64,000 bases of DNA from an uncultured Verrucomicrobia subdivision 3 bacterium (lineage in GTDB: Bacteria > Verrucomicrobiota > Verrucomicrobiia > Limisphaerales > UBA11358), in NCBI GenBank assembly GCA_903918885.1, contig CAIXFY010000050.1, forward strand, positions 12,730-76,729, given 5' to 3'. Both the position numbers and the translations under genes were made by a program. The notes beneath the pieces are model-generated. The model did not search any database. It saw nothing but the letters and a program-made list of their open reading frames with translations, and had not been told where the DNA came from. The first letter of the stretch is position 1, and every line of letters starts with the position of its first letter. Positions 36,701 to 48,213 of the stretch are shown here, one piece after another.

Positions 36701-38321
36701 GCGGGTTCGTGACCTGCGCGAAGAGCTGCTTGAAATAATTGTAGAGCAACTGCGGTTTCTGCGAGAGAACCGCGAGCGGCGTGTCCGTGCCCATCGAGCC
36801 GAGCGGCTGTTGGCCGTCACGCGCCATCGGGCCGACGATGAAGCGCAAGTCCTCGAAGGTGTAGCCGAACGCCTGCTGCTCCTGCAAAATTTTCCGGTGG
36901 CCGGGATCGGTGTGATGCGCGGGCTCGGGCAATTCTTCGAGCAGGACATGGTGTTCGTCCAGCCATGCCTGATACGGATGCGCGCCGGAATATTTTTTCT
37001 TCAACTCCTCGTCCGCGATGATGCGACCCTGCTCGGTGTCCACGAGAAACATTCTTCCGGGCTGCAAACGGCCCTTGACCGCGATGCGTTCCGGCGCAAT
37101 CGGCAACACGCCGGCTTCCGACGCCATGATGACGACGTCGTCTTTCGTGACGTAGTAGCGCGACGGGCGCAGGCCGTTGCGGTCGAGGCACGCGCCGATG
37201 CGGATGCCGTCGGTGAACGCCATCGACGCCGGGCCGTCCCACGGTTCGATGAGGCAGGAATGGAATTCGTAAAACGCCTTGCGCTCGGCGTCCATGCTCT
37301 CGTGATTTTCCCACGGCTCGGGAATCATCATCATCATGGCGTGCGGCAATTCGCGCCCCGCCATGACGAGGAGTTCCACGCAATTGTCAAACTGCGCGGA
37401 GTCGCTGCCGTCGGTGTTGATGACGGGGACGACTTTTTTGATGTCGCCGCCAAGCACGTCGGATTTGAAATTGGCCTGCGCCGCCTTGATCCAGTTCACG
37501 TTGCCGCGCAGCGTGTTGATTTCGCCGTTGTGCGCGATGCAGCGGTTCGGATGCGCACGATCCCAGCTCGGAAACGTGTTCGTGGAAAAACGCGAATGCA
37601 CCAGCGCCATCGCGGTCGTCACGGCAGGCTCGCGCAAGTCGGCGTAATATTTTTCCACCTGTTCGGACATCAACATGCCTTTGTAGATGAGCGTGCGCGC
37701 CGAAAGGCTGGAGACATAAAACATTTCGCCGCCGGGAATTTTTTTGCCGTAACGGATTTTGCGCTCCGCGACTTTGCGGATGACGAACAGCTTTCGTTCA
37801 AACGCCTGATCGTCTTTGATTTTTGGATTGCGACCGACAAAAACCTGCGCCATGAACGGCTCCGCCGCGACGGCGGTTTTGCCGAGCGACGAATTATCCA
37901 CCGGCACATCGCGCCAGCCCAGCACCGTCTGGCCTTCGGTCGCGATGATCTTCGCGAGTTCCACTTTGACCGCTTCGCGTTCCTCCGGATTTTTCGGCAG
38001 GAACATCTGACCCACGCCGTATTGGCCGGCGGGCGGAAGTTTGAAACCGATTTTCTCCGCTTCCGTCGCGAAAAAATCATGCGGCACTTGAATCAAAATG
38101 CCCGCGCCGTCGCCGGTATTAGCCTCGCAGCCGCAAGCGCCGCGATGGTCGAGGTTGACGAGAATCTGCAACGCGTCGCTCACCATCTGGTGCGACTTTT
38201 TGCCCTTCATGTTGACGACGAAGCCGAGCCCGCACGCGTCGTGCTCGAACTGCGGATCGTAAAGGCCTTGTTTTGCTGGCGCGCCCAAGCGCACCGTGGC
38301 GGTCTCATTAGTTTTCGGCAT
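33714..38321 (-). CDS. gltB: Glutamate synthase large subunit
   Basis: [46 protein letters not shown]. Confidence 0.98.
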   Translation of the reverse strand: MPKTNETATVRLGAPAKQGLYDPQFEHDACGLGFVVNMKGKKSHQMVSDALQILVNLDHRGACGCEANTGDGAGILIQVPHDFFATEAEKIGFKLPPAGQYGVGQMFLPKNPEEREAVKVELAKIIATEGQTVLGWRDVPVDNSSLGKTAVAAEPFMAQVFVGRNPKIKDDQAFERKLFVIRKVAERKIRYGKKIPGGEMFYVSSLSARTLIYKGMLMSEQVEKYYADLREPAVTTAMALVHSRFSTNTFPSWDRAHPNRCIAHNGEINTLRGNVNWIKAAQANFKSDVLGGDIKKVVPVINTDGSDSAQFDNCVELLVMAGRELPHAMMMMIPEPWENHESMDAERKAFYEFHSCLIEPWDGPASMAFTDGIRIGACLDRNGLRPSRYYVTKDDVVIMASEAGVLPIAPERIAVKGRLQPGRMFLVDTEQGRIIADEELKKKYSGAHPYQAWLDEHHVLLEELPEPAHHTDPGHRKILQEQQAFGYTFEDLRFIVGPMARDGQQPLGSMGTDTPLAVLSQKPQLLYNYFKQLFAQVTNPPIDPIREEIVTATHTMVGSRGGLLNPGPESCALIRLEQPILTNEELDKLRFIDRAGFKSETLPILFAAADGVKGLDAALEKLFTAADEAIRDGANILILSDRGVSPEMAPIPALLAMAGLHHHLIRTGTRGRTGLVLESGEPREVHHFALLIGYGCSAINPYLAYETLDDLIREGMLPGLDHKTAVKKYIKAAIKGVVKTMAKMGISTVQSYRGAQIFEAVGLNSELVEKYFTWTPTRIQGIGLDVIAEEALTRHRRAFPPVPVNPELEAGGQYQWRDGGEQHLFNPQTIHKLQTACRLGSEKIYREYADIINDRAKSLCTLRGLLDFKFENAIPLEEVESVESIVKRFKTGAMSYGSISKEAHETLAVAMNRLGGRSNTGEGGEDPARYTWTNEKGDSKNSAIKQVASGRFGVTSHYLVNAREIQIKMAQGAKPGEGGELPGKKVFPEIAKTRGTTAGVGLISPPPHHDIYSIEDLAELIHDLKNANRNARVSVKLVAEVGVGTIAAGVAKAHADVVLISGHDGGTGASPLSSIKHAGGPWELGLAEAHQTLVLNNLRSRIYVEADGQLKTGRDVAIAALLGAEEFGFATAPLVVMGCIMMRVCHLNTCPVGVATQDPRLRKRFTGEADHVVNFMRFIAMELREIMAKLGFRKLEDMVGRTDKLIPWKAIEHWKANGLDLTPILHRPDMGADVGRYRQQDQDHGLEKSLDVTKLLEICKPAIERGEKVKAEMPIINVNRVVGTIVGSEITKKHGPAGLPEDTVQLKFNGSAGQSFGAFMPRGMTHELEGDANDYFGKGLSGGKLIVYPPKGSTFVAEDNIIIGNVALYGATAGEIFVRGVAGERFAVRNSGVNAVVEGVGDHGCEYMTGGRVVILGKSGRNFAAGMSGGIAYVLDEAGDFAGRCNMELVALEKLEDADEIEEVWKLIQRHQAYTKSERAAMILADWKNFIPKFVKVMPQDFKRVLLSLKKVQSQGLTGDEAVMAAFEENVKGGH

Positions 38322-38536
38322 TTGTTTTCTGGTGAACGCGGGACGGATAAGTTCGCGTTCCGTTATTTTTTACTCAATTTTCACAACTGCGCAATAATTG
38401 TTTTTGAATTTTGCGGTGAATTTTGCATTAGAAACCCAGAAAAACTTCCGCTTGAAATTAGCCAGTGGCAGTGCGGTTGAAGCGAGTGTGAAATTTCCTC
38501 GCCCGACGGAGCGTTTCCCGCTTTAATCCGCGCCGT

Positions 38537-38815
38537 ATGAAACACAATTCCTATTTTGAAGGCAAAGTCCAAAGTCTCGCCATCGGCACGACCGACGGCC
38601 CCGCAACCGTCGGCGTCATCGAGCCCGGCCAATACAGCTTCGGCACCGATTGCATCGAGCACATGCACGTCGTCGCCGGCACGCTCAAGGCCAAGCTGCC
38701 TGGCGGCAACTGGCAGAGCTACGGCGTGGGTAAATTCTTCATTGTGCCCAAAGGCGTGAAGTTTGAAGTCGAGGCCGCTGGCGACGTTGCCTACCTCTGC
38801 TACTACAAACGCTGA
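38537..38815 (+). CDS. ppnP: Pyrimidine/purine nucleoside phosphorylase (DUF1255)
   Basis: HNSYFEGKVQS, ATVGVI.PG.YSFGT, YLCYY. Confidence 0.9.
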   Translation: MKHNSYFEGKVQSLAIGTTDGPATVGVIEPGQYSFGTDCIEHMHVVAGTLKAKLPGGNWQSYGVGKFFIVPKGVKFEVEAAGDVAYLCYYKR

Positions 38816-38836
38816 GCCAGAAAACAAAATTCTCCC

Positions 38837-38873
38837 AACCGCCGGATGAGAATCATTTCATCCGGCGGTTTTT
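38837..38873 (+). terminator. Intrinsic terminator after ppnP
   Basis: AACCGCCGGATGA / TCATCCGGCGGTT stem plus T run. Confidence 0.85.
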
Positions 38874-38931
38874 CGTTCATTCCTGCAAACGCATTTTACA
38901 CTGCCCGTATTGCTGATATATTGTCCGCCTT

Positions 38932-40017
38932 GTGAACGGCCAGAAAAGACAACGCGTCGTCTGCGGCATGAGCGGAGGAGTTGATTCCTCGGCGACGGCG
39001 GCGCTTTTGATCGAGCAGGGTTACGACGTTATCGGCATCACGCTCAAGCTCTGGCCGCAGGATTGCGTGAACCGCGCGGAGGACAAGTGCTGCGGCCCGC
39101 AGGCCGTCACCGACGCGCGCTCGGTGTGCGACAAACTCGACGTGCCGTATTATCTCGTGGACGAGTCGGCGGATTTTCAAAAGCACGTCATCCAATATTT
39201 CGCCGATGAATACAAGGCCGGTCGCACGCCGAATCCGTGCGTGATGTGCAATCAGAATTTGAAATTTGGTCGGCTCATTGACCGCGCGGATCAGCTCGGC
39301 GCGGATTTTATTGCGACAGGACATTTTGCGCGCGTGGAAAAAAGTGCGGATAGTTCGCGTCTGTTGCTCAAGCGCGGCAAAGATTCGCGGAAGGATCAAA
39401 GTTATTTTCTGTTCTCGCTCCGGCAGGATCAGTTGGCGCGCATCCTCTTTCCGCTCGGCGAAAAGACCAAGAGCGACACCCGCGAAGTGGCGCGGCATTG
39501 CAATCTCAAGACCGCCGACAAGGAAGAGAGCATGGAAATCTGTTTCGTGCCGGACAACAACTACGGCGGCTTTCTCCAATCCGCGAACCTCGTGCAGAAG
39601 CATCGCGGCGACATCGTGGATGTGCGCGGGCAGGTTCTCGGCCAGCACGACGGCATTGAATTTTACACCATCGGCCAGCGCAAAGGGCTGGGCATCACCA
39701 CGCCGAAGCCGGTTTACGTTGTCGAGTTGGATGCGGAAAACAATCGCGTGGTCGTCGGCGATGAAGCCGCGCTCGACCGAGATGAATTTATCGCTGACCG
39801 CTGCAACTGGCATCCGTTTGAAAAACTCACCGAGTCCATCGAAGTGACGGCGAAGATCCGCTACAACCATCCCGGCGCACCAGCCACGGTGACGCCGCTG
39901 GACGGCAATCGCGTGAAGGTGAAATTGCATTCACCCGCGCGCGCCATCACGCCGGGGCAGGCGGCGGTGTTTTATCAGGACGATTTGGTCGTCGGCGGCG
40001 GTTGGATCATGCGGTGA
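38932..40017 (+). CDS. mnmA: tRNA 2-thiouridylase
   Basis: MSGGVDSS, TPNPCVMCN, ATGHF, KDQSYFL, TPGQAAVFY. Confidence 0.97.
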   Translation: MNGQKRQRVVCGMSGGVDSSATAALLIEQGYDVIGITLKLWPQDCVNRAEDKCCGPQAVTDARSVCDKLDVPYYLVDESADFQKHVIQYFADEYKAGRTPNPCVMCNQNLKFGRLIDRADQLGADFIATGHFARVEKSADSSRLLLKRGKDSRKDQSYFLFSLRQDQLARILFPLGEKTKSDTREVARHCNLKTADKEESMEICFVPDNNYGGFLQSANLVQKHRGDIVDVRGQVLGQHDGIEFYTIGQRKGLGITTPKPVYVVELDAENNRVVVGDEAALDRDEFIADRCNWHPFEKLTESIEVTAKIRYNHPGAPATVTPLDGNRVKVKLHSPARAITPGQAAVFYQDDLVVGGGWIMR

Positions 40018-40071
40018 TTTTTTACGCGGCTTGATTTGACAGTTGCTCGTGCGCGAGGCATGGTTGCCGCC

Positions 40072-40617
40072 ATGAAAACAATTTTGCTTTTGCTCGCCAC
40101 CATGTCCGCCACGCTGTCGCTTCACGCCGCCGATTCCATTTACGACGTTCCGCTCAAGGACATTGACGGCAACGCGACTTCGCTCAAGCCGTATCAGGGC
40201 AAGGTGCTGCTCATCGTCAATGTCGCGTCTAAATGCGGCAACACGCCGCAATACGCCGCGCTGGAGGCGGCCTACCAAAAATATCAGTCGCAGGGTCTCG
40301 TCGTCTGCGGTTTTCCGTGTAATCAATTTCACGCGCAGGAGCCGGGCAGCGCGGCAGAGATAAAGGAGTTTTGCACGAAGAAATACGGCGTCAGCTTTCC
40401 GATGTTCGACAAGCTTGAGGTCAACGGCCCGAACCGCCATCCGCTTTATGTTTTGCTCGCGGGCAAGGACTCGCCTTTTCCCGGCGACATCAAGTGGAAC
40501 TTCGGCAAATTTCTCATCGGGCGCGACGGCAAGATTTTGAAACGCTTTGAACCGAAGGTGAAGCCGGACGCGCCGGAAGTCGTGCAAGCCATCGAAGCCG
40601 CGCTTGCGGCGAAGTGA
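40072..40617 (+). CDS. Glutathione peroxidase family protein (Cys type) with signal peptide
   Basis: NVASKCG, GFPCNQF..QEPG, WNFGKFL. Confidence 0.92.
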   Translation: MKTILLLLATMSATLSLHAADSIYDVPLKDIDGNATSLKPYQGKVLLIVNVASKCGNTPQYAALEAAYQKYQSQGLVVCGFPCNQFHAQEPGSAAEIKEFCTKKYGVSFPMFDKLEVNGPNRHPLYVLLAGKDSPFPGDIKWNFGKFLIGRDGKILKRFEPKVKPDAPEVVQAIEAALAAK

Positions 40618-40677
40618 ACGGAATTTTTGGCGGGACAAGTTGTTTCCAAACGGCGACGCACCTGCTAAACGTTTTTC

Positions 40678-41145
40678 ATGCGCGAGGAATTCATGCGCGA
40701 GGCTATCCGCCTCTCGCGGCTCAAAATGCAAACCGGGCAGGGCGGACCGTTCGGCGCGGTCATGGTGCGGCGTGGCCAAATCATTGCGCGCGGCTGGAAC
40801 CGCGTGACCTCGGCCAACGACCCCACGGCGCACGCGGAGGTCATGGCTATCCGCGCGGCGTGCCGCAAGTTAAAAACTTTTCACCTTGCCGACTGCGAGC
40901 TTTACACCAGCTGCGAGCCGTGTCCGATGTGTCTCGCGGCGATTTATTGGGCGCGGTTGAAAAAAGTTTATTACGGCAACTCGCGGCACGACGCGGCGAA
41001 AATCCATTTTGACGACGAATTGATTTATCGTGAGGTCGCGCGCCCGGTTTCCCGGCGGCTGATTGCGATGAAACAATTGCTGCGAGGCGAGGCGGGAAAA
41101 GTATTCTCCGAGTGGAAAGACAAGCTGGACAAGGTGGCCTATTGA
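40678..41145 (+). CDS. guaD: Guanine deaminase-like nucleoside deaminase (CDA fold)
   Basis: GGPFGA, DPTAHAE, SCEPCPMC.AAIYWA, FDD..IY. Confidence 0.8.
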   Translation: MREEFMREAIRLSRLKMQTGQGGPFGAVMVRRGQIIARGWNRVTSANDPTAHAEVMAIRAACRKLKTFHLADCELYTSCEPCPMCLAAIYWARLKKVYYGNSRHDAAKIHFDDELIYREVARPVSRRLIAMKQLLRGEAGKVFSEWKDKLDKVAY

Positions 41146-41259
41146 GTTGCCGGCGCGAAAGCAGATTCGTCTTGCGCGGGGCAGGGTGGTTGTTACGATT
41201 TTGTCACGATTCATCCGCCGTCCGGCGGGTTTTCTTTTTTAACGAAATACTTTTATCCT

Positions 41260-42204
<945 letters not shown>

Positions 42205-42342
42205 GTTTCCTCAAATTCTTCGTTGACGAATGGTTCGCGGCTGATATATTTCGCGGCTCTGCGTTCGCCGGCGATTCCGTCGAGTGCGGAATTGTTGGGC
42301 GAGGCCGCAAACAGGCGGCTGTCCGCAAGAACAATTTACAAA

Positions 42343-43083
42343 ATGAAAACAGTCCCCTTGAAAGCGTTTCCGCGCTCCCTCGTGCAGCGCGGTGCAGTTA
42401 AAAAACTTCGCGCGTCCGGTCGCGTCCCCGCGACGATTTACGGTCGCCAAGCCAAACCCCAGAACCTTGAAGTCATTTATGACGACATCGCGGGTTTGCT
42501 CAAACACTCGGTTTCCGAAAATCTCCTCGTGGATTTGACGGTGGAGAACGACGTCCGCGCCAAGCGCCTCGCGCTCGTGCAGGAAATCCAACACCATCCG
42601 TTGAGCGCCAAGGTCATTCATCTTGATTTGCACGAAGTCGCGGAAAACGAAAAGATTACCATTTCTGTCCCCGTAGAAACAACCGGCGAAGCCGCCGGCG
42701 TAAAGGTCGGTGGCGGTTCGCTGACGCACGTCTTGCTGAAACTCAAGGTTCGTTCGCTGCCGAAAGATTTGCCCGAGCAGATCACCGTTGATGTGACGGC
42801 GCTGGAAATCGGCAAGTCCATTCACCTAGGCGACATTGCCGCGCCGTCGGGCGTGGAAATTTTGGGCGACAAGCATTTGACTGTCGTATCTGTCGCTGCT
42901 CCTCGCGCCGAAGAAGAAGTGGCAGCTACGACCACTGCAGCCGCCGGCGACGTCGAGATGACGAAGGAAAAGAAGGAAGACGGCACCGAAGGCGCCGCTC
43001 CCGCCGCCAAGGATGCGAAAGCCCCGGCGGGCGACAAGAAGGCCGATGCGAAAACGCCGACTGCCGACGCGAAGAAGAAATAA
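42343..43083 (+). CDS. rplY: 50S ribosomal protein L25/Ctc
   Basis: LRASGRVPATIYG, QHHP, HLDL; long Ctc form; between prs and pth. Confidence 0.93.
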   Translation: MKTVPLKAFPRSLVQRGAVKKLRASGRVPATIYGRQAKPQNLEVIYDDIAGLLKHSVSENLLVDLTVENDVRAKRLALVQEIQHHPLSAKVIHLDLHEVAENEKITISVPVETTGEAAGVKVGGGSLTHVLLKLKVRSLPKDLPEQITVDVTALEIGKSIHLGDIAAPSGVEILGDKHLTVVSVAAPRAEEEVAATTTAAAGDVEMTKEKKEDGTEGAAPAAKDAKAPAGDKKADAKTPTADAKKK

Positions 43084-43110
43084 TTTACGCGGCGCAAGCC
43101 GCCACCGCGC

Positions 43111-43716
43111 ATGGAGCCGATGCACCTTATCGTGGGGCTGGGCAATCCCGGCGCGGATTACGCGAAGACGCGGCACAACGCCGGTTTTCTCCTCGTTGAG
43201 AAACTGGCGGAACAGTGGAAATCGATTTGGGCGAACGAACGCAAGTTTGTTTGTCGGCTGGCGAAGGCCGAGCGACACGGCAAAAAGGTTTTGCTGGCCG
43301 AGCCGCAGACGTTCATGAATTTGAGCGGCGAAGCCGTCGGGGCGCTGGTGAAGTATTACCAGTTGCCGTTGGAAAAAGTTTTGATTGTGGTGGACGATGC
43401 GGATTTGCCCTTCGGTGAAATCCGGTTGCGGCCGAGCGGCGGCAGCGGCGGGCATCACGGATTAGAATCCGTGGCGCAGCATCTCGGCTCGAAAGAATAT
43501 GCGCGGTTGCGTATTGGCATCGGGCGGCAGGACGAGACACGGCAGATTTCCGGCTTTGTGCTGGGGAAATTTTCGGCGGAAGAAAACGCCGTGCTGGAAA
43601 AAGTTTTAGACCGGACGGTTGGCCAGATGGAATGCTGGTTGAGCGACGGTCTGCAAAAGGCGATGAGCCAATTTAACGGAGTCGTGGACTCCAAAAACGA
43701 AGAAAAGAAAAAGTGA
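43111..43716 (+). CDS. pth: Peptidyl-tRNA hydrolase
   Basis: VGLGNPG, TRHNAGF, TFMNLSG, RLRIGIG. Confidence 0.97.
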   Translation: MEPMHLIVGLGNPGADYAKTRHNAGFLLVEKLAEQWKSIWANERKFVCRLAKAERHGKKVLLAEPQTFMNLSGEAVGALVKYYQLPLEKVLIVVDDADLPFGEIRLRPSGGSGGHHGLESVAQHLGSKEYARLRIGIGRQDETRQISGFVLGKFSAEENAVLEKVLDRTVGQMECWLSDGLQKAMSQFNGVVDSKNEEKKK

Positions 43717-44018
43717 AACGATACGAAGGTCTGTTCATCCTGAACCTGGCGGGACGCGAAGAGGGCGTGAGTGACGCCCTCGACAAGATTTCCAAGGAAA
43801 TCACCACCGCCGGCGGCAAAATCGAAACCGTCCAAAAGATGGAGAAGAAGGCTTTTGCCCGCATCGCGGACAAGCGCCACAACTCCGGCTTCTACGCGAA
43901 CGTCATTTTCAACGCCGCGCCCGCCGTGGTTGCGGCGCTGCAAACCAAGTTCAAATTGAACCCGGACGTCTTCCGCGTGCTCTTCACCGACTCGCCGGAA
44001 CCGAAGCCCGCGAAATAA
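43713..44018 (+). CDS. rpsF: 30S ribosomal protein S6
   Basis: MKRYEGLFIL, GFY; position before ssb. Confidence 0.85.
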   Translation: MKRYEGLFILNLAGREEGVSDALDKISKEITTAGGKIETVQKMEKKAFARIADKRHNSGFYANVIFNAAPAVVAALQTKFKLNPDVFRVLFTDSPEPKPAK

Positions 44019-44032
44019 TTCGCGCCGATTTT

Positions 44033-44494
44033 ATGGCCAGCTTCAACAAAGTCATCCTGATGGGCAACCTGACGCGCGATCCCGAGCTGCGCTATACGCC
44101 CAAGGGGACGGCCATTGCCAAGATTGGCCTCGCGGTCAACCGCGTCTGGACTAACGAAGCCGGCGAAAAGAAGGAAGAAGTTACTTTCATTGACGTGGAT
44201 ATTTTTGGCCGCACCGCCGAAAACGTCGGTCAATACATGCGCAAAGGCCGTCCGATTATGGTCGAAGGCCGTCTCAAGCTCGATCAATGGGACGACAAGA
44301 CCACCGGCGCGAAGCGCAGCAAGCTCGGCGTGATTGCTGAAACTGTTCAATTTCTCGGCAGCGCTCCCGGTGCCGGTGAAGGTGGTGCGGCTCCGGCCGC
44401 GCCGCGTGCCGCCCGTCCGGCGGCTCCCGCTGCGCCTGCGGGCGAACCCGTTGAAGGCGATGGTCCGCCCGAAAGCGACGACGTTCCGTTCTGA
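44033..44494 (+). CDS. ssb: Single-stranded DNA-binding protein
   Basis: NKVILMGNLTRDPELRYT; DDVPF tail. Confidence 0.97.
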   Translation: MASFNKVILMGNLTRDPELRYTPKGTAIAKIGLAVNRVWTNEAGEKKEEVTFIDVDIFGRTAENVGQYMRKGRPIMVEGRLKLDQWDDKTTGAKRSKLGVIAETVQFLGSAPGAGEGGAAPAAPRAARPAAPAAPAGEPVEGDGPPESDDVPF

Positions 44495-44523
44495 TTTTAT
44501 TAACCCGTAATTAAAATTTTTGT

Positions 44524-45135
44524 ATGGCAAAAACTGAAGTTATCCTCACTCACAACATCGTCGGCCTCGGCGGTGAATCCGACCAGGTCCGCGTCGCCGC
44601 CGGTTTCGCGCGCAACTATCTTTTCCCGCAGCGCCTCGCCATTCCAGTGACCTCGGCGAACAAGCGCCATCTGGAAGCGCTCAAGCAGAAGCGCGCCGAG
44701 CGCGAAGCGCATGAGTTCAACCACATGACCGATCTCGCCAAGGCGTTGCAGAAGCTCGTCTGCATCATCAAGGTCAAGACCGGCGACGACGGCAAGCTGT
44801 TCGGCTCCGTCACCAACGGCACGATTGCCGACGAACTCAAGCACCAGTTCGACATCGCGCTCGACAAGAAGAAAATCAAACTCGAACAGTCCATCCGCAC
44901 GCTGGGCGAATTTGAAGTGGAATTGAATTTGCACGCCGAAGTCAAAGGCACGCTCAAAGTGCGCGTGGAAAGCACCACGCCCATCGCGGCGCCGCCGACG
45001 GCGCCCGTGGACGAAAAGCCCCGCACCGAAAAGCGCGGCCGCGTGGATCGTTCCGTGCAGAAGGTCATCACGGACGAGTCCAAGCCCAAGGTGGAACGCA
45101 AGCCCAAGGCCGAGAAGAAGGCCAAGGCGGAATAA
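44524..45135 (+). CDS. rplI: 50S ribosomal protein L9
   Basis: GFARNYLFP, GKLFGSVT. Confidence 0.96.
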   Translation: MAKTEVILTHNIVGLGGESDQVRVAAGFARNYLFPQRLAIPVTSANKRHLEALKQKRAEREAHEFNHMTDLAKALQKLVCIIKVKTGDDGKLFGSVTNGTIADELKHQFDIALDKKKIKLEQSIRTLGEFEVELNLHAEVKGTLKVRVESTTPIAAPPTAPVDEKPRTEKRGRVDRSVQKVITDESKPKVERKPKAEKKAKAE

Positions 45136-45143
45136 AACACTTC

Positions 45144-45185
45144 AAACAAAAAAGCCACGGAAAATTTTCCGTGGCTTTTTTGTTT
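45144..45185. terminator. Bidirectional intrinsic terminator (perfect 42-bp palindrome)
   Basis: AAACAAAAAAGCCACGGAAAA / TTTTCCGTGGCTTTTTTGTTT. Confidence 0.9.
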
Positions 45186-45268
45186 TTCACCGCCACAGGT
45201 TCATGATTTGCCATTGATAAATCTTGCCTTTGGCTGGTGATTCCCTAAATTGTCCGACCGATTTTATT

Positions 45269-45586
45269 ATGCAACTCAACTCGTTTCCCGTCACTTTGGC
45301 GCAAGCCGCGCCGGCTGCCCAGCAAAACCCCGTCATGGCCTTCATGCCGATGATTTTGTTGGTAGTGGTTTTCTATTTCATCCTCATCCGCCCGCAGCAG
45401 AAGCGCGCCAAGGAGCAGAAGAAATTGCTCGAAGCCCTCAAGTCCGGCGATAAGGTGGTCACCGCCGCCGGGATTATCGGCGAAGTCGTCACGGTCAAGG
45501 ACAAGACGGTCTCGCTGCGTTCCGGCGACGCCAAGTTTGAAGTCACCAAGGAATCCGTTGTCGCCATTACCGAACCCAAAGCCTGA
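45269..45586 (+). CDS. yajC: Preprotein translocase subunit YajC
   Basis: FYFILIRPQQKR, GDKVVT..GI.G. Confidence 0.95.
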   Translation: MQLNSFPVTLAQAAPAAQQNPVMAFMPMILLVVVFYFILIRPQQKRAKEQKKLLEALKSGDKVVTAAGIIGEVVTVKDKTVSLRSGDAKFEVTKESVVAITEPKA

Positions 45587-45592
45587 CCGATC

Positions 45593-48097
45593 ATGAAGCA
45601 AAATAATCTCGGACGTTTTCTCCTCGTCATCGCCATCATCGTCTGGTCGGTATTTGAAGTCTATCCGCCGACCTCGCGGGACTTGGTGAAGGAATTTTCC
45701 CGCCGCGCGCAAAGCCAGGACGCCGCGTTCAAATCCATTCTCGCGCAGACCGCCGCTTTGCAGAAGGCTGGCACGAACGAATTCGCCGCGCTCCAGCTCG
45801 CGACCGGCACAAACGAATTGCAGAAATACTTTCCGTTTTACCCCGGCGCGGCGAACCAGATTCACCCGAATCTTTTCATCCTGAATAAACTTCAGCGCGA
45901 CGCCGCTGGCAAAATCAAATTAGGTTTAGATTTGCAGGGCGGCACGTCGTTCCTCGTCGAGATGGACACGACCAAGCTCGCCAATACCAATGAAACCGGC
46001 AGCGCGCTGTCGCAGGCCATCGAAGTGTTACGCAAGCGCATTGACCGTTTCGGCGTGGCCGAACCGGTGATCCAATCCGCCGGTGGCAACCGCATTTTGA
46101 TCCAATTGCCCGGCCTTTCGCAGGCCGACAAGGACAGCGCCAAGCAGCAGATTCAGCGGACCGCGTATCTCGAATTCCGCATGGTGCTCGACAACAGCGA
46201 CGAAATCATCAAGAGCGGTGAGCCGATTCCGCATGGCTACGAATTACTGAAGCATGTCGAGCAAATGGCTAACAACCAGACGCGCCTCGAACAAGTCATC
46301 GTCAAGAAGAAGGCGGAAAACGGCCTTGCCGGCGACATCATCGCGAACGCCGGGGTTAATCGCGGCAACCTAGGTGAACCGCAGATTGACTTCGAACTCA
46401 CCGATGCCGGTGCGAAACGCTTTGGCGAAACGACGCGCGAAAATATCGGCCACCGCATGGCCATCGTGCTGGACGGTGAACTGTATTCCGCGCCGAACAT
46501 CCAGAGCGCGATTGAAACCGGACGCGGCCAAATCACTGGCACTTATACCCCGGAAGCGGCGATGGAACTGGCGAACGTTCTCCAGAACCCGCTGAAGGCG
46601 CCCTTGAAAATCGTTTATTCCAGCGACGTCGGCGCGACGCTCGGCAAGGACTCCATCGCCAGCGGCATCAAGGCCTCGATCGCCGGCGTGGCGTTCGTCT
46701 CCGCATTCATGCTGGTTTATTATTTGTTCGCCGGTCTCGCTGCGAACGTAGCACTGGTGACGAATATCATCATTTTGCTTGGCGTCATGTGCTCCATCGG
46801 CACGACCTTCACCTTGCCCGGCATCGCGGGCGGCGTGCTGACCGTCGGCATGGCGGTAGACGCGAATGTTCTGATTTACGAACGCATCCGCGAGGAGCTT
46901 GCGAAGGGCAAATCCCTGCGCGGCGCGATTGACGCCGGTTATGCCCGCGCGTTCGGGACGATTTTCGACTCGCACGTCACCACGCTGATTTCGTCCATCA
47001 TTTTGATTTTCATGGGCACGGGCGAAATCAAGGGTTTCGGCGTGACGCTGACCATCGGCGTGGCCGCGAGCTTGTTCACCGCGCTCGTCGTGACGCGGCT
47101 TATCTTCAACTTCATGATTGATCGGAACATCATGAAAACGATGCCGATGCTGCACCTCATCCGCAGCGCGAAAATGGATTTCATGAGCGTCGCGAAACCG
47201 CTGTTCGTCGTCACCTGGCTGTTTGTCATCGGCTCGCTGGCGTTCGGCGTCACGCGCGGCGACAAGCTGTTCGGCGTGGATTTCCTTGGCGGCGACAGCA
47301 CGACGTTCAGCTATGCGCAGAAGTTTGATGAGAAAGACATCCGCGCCGCGCTGGCGACCGTCGGCGAAAAGGACGCGCAGATTCAGTATCAAAAGGGCGA
47401 CAGCACCGAGACCCTGCGCATCACCACCTCCAGCGGTTCTTCGGAAAAAGTCGAGGCGTTGCTGAAGGAAAAACTACCGGAAGCAAAATTGATTTCCATC
47501 GGCCGTCAGCAGGTCGGCGCGACGCTCGGCAAAGAAATTCAGCAATCCGCCATCGTCGCCTCGCTGCTCGCGATGTTCGGCATTCTCGTTTATGTCGCGT
47601 TCCGCTATGAATTCTCCTTCGCCGTGGCCGCCGTTATCGCTGTGTTGCACGACGTGCTGTTCGCCATCGGCGCGTATTGTATCGCGAACGAAATTTCCGG
47701 CCGCCAGTTCAACGCCACAGTCGTCGCGGCGGTGCTGACCATCATCGGTTTCTCCATCAACGACAAGATCGTTATCTTCGACCGCATCCGCGAGCAGTTG
47801 AAGCTCGGCGTGCGTGGCTCTTTCCGCGACATCATCAACATGTCGCTCAACCAGACGCTGAGCCGCACGATCATCACCAGCGGCACGGTGCTCATCGCCA
47901 CGGCGTCGCTCTACTGGTTCGGTGGCGGCGTCATCAACGACTTCGCATTCACCTTCCTGATCGGCATCATCGTCGGCACTTACTCTTCCATCTACATCGC
48001 GAGCGTCATCGTGCTGTGGTGGCACAAGGGCGAACGCCCGACCATCGGCGGTTCCGGCGTGACGGTGCAAAACGCGCCGACGGCGAAGGTTGAATAA
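45593..48097 (+). CDS. secDF: Fused SecD/SecF translocase subunit
   Basis: LGLDLQGG, GMAVDANVLIYERIREE, GVDFLGG, GFSIND.IVIFDRIRE. Confidence 0.96.
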   Translation: MKQNNLGRFLLVIAIIVWSVFEVYPPTSRDLVKEFSRRAQSQDAAFKSILAQTAALQKAGTNEFAALQLATGTNELQKYFPFYPGAANQIHPNLFILNKLQRDAAGKIKLGLDLQGGTSFLVEMDTTKLANTNETGSALSQAIEVLRKRIDRFGVAEPVIQSAGGNRILIQLPGLSQADKDSAKQQIQRTAYLEFRMVLDNSDEIIKSGEPIPHGYELLKHVEQMANNQTRLEQVIVKKKAENGLAGDIIANAGVNRGNLGEPQIDFELTDAGAKRFGETTRENIGHRMAIVLDGELYSAPNIQSAIETGRGQITGTYTPEAAMELANVLQNPLKAPLKIVYSSDVGATLGKDSIASGIKASIAGVAFVSAFMLVYYLFAGLAANVALVTNIIILLGVMCSIGTTFTLPGIAGGVLTVGMAVDANVLIYERIREELAKGKSLRGAIDAGYARAFGTIFDSHVTTLISSIILIFMGTGEIKGFGVTLTIGVAASLFTALVVTRLIFNFMIDRNIMKTMPMLHLIRSAKMDFMSVAKPLFVVTWLFVIGSLAFGVTRGDKLFGVDFLGGDSTTFSYAQKFDEKDIRAALATVGEKDAQIQYQKGDSTETLRITTSSGSSEKVEALLKEKLPEAKLISIGRQQVGATLGKEIQQSAIVASLLAMFGILVYVAFRYEFSFAVAAVIAVLHDVLFAIGAYCIANEISGRQFNATVVAAVLTIIGFSINDKIVIFDRIREQLKLGVRGSFRDIINMSLNQTLSRTIITSGTVLIATASLYWFGGGVINDFAFTFLIGIIVGTYSSIYIASVIVLWWHKGERPTIGGSGVTVQNAPTAKVE

Positions 48098-48213
48098 TTA
48101 TCTGATTGTGAATTTTAAATCGTTGCATCGGAAACGGTGCGACGATTTAATTTTTTGGACGCGCAACGATTGGGTTTGCAGTCGGCGCGCAAATCGTAAA
48201 TCGTAAATCGCAA

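Noticed and set aside
34113-38480. Long plus-strand ORFs (344, 364, 739 aa)
   Set aside because: Antisense shadows of gltB
40072-40617. Selenocysteine glutathione peroxidase
   Set aside because: Active-site codon is TGC (Cys); no in-frame TGA
41146-41259. tRNA-Gln often found upstream of prs
   Set aside because: No cloverleaf or GTTCRA T-loop present
48098-48213. yybP-ykoY riboswitch expected upstream of terC/alx
   Set aside because: Consensus elements not recognisable; only a short hairpin and a heptamer array
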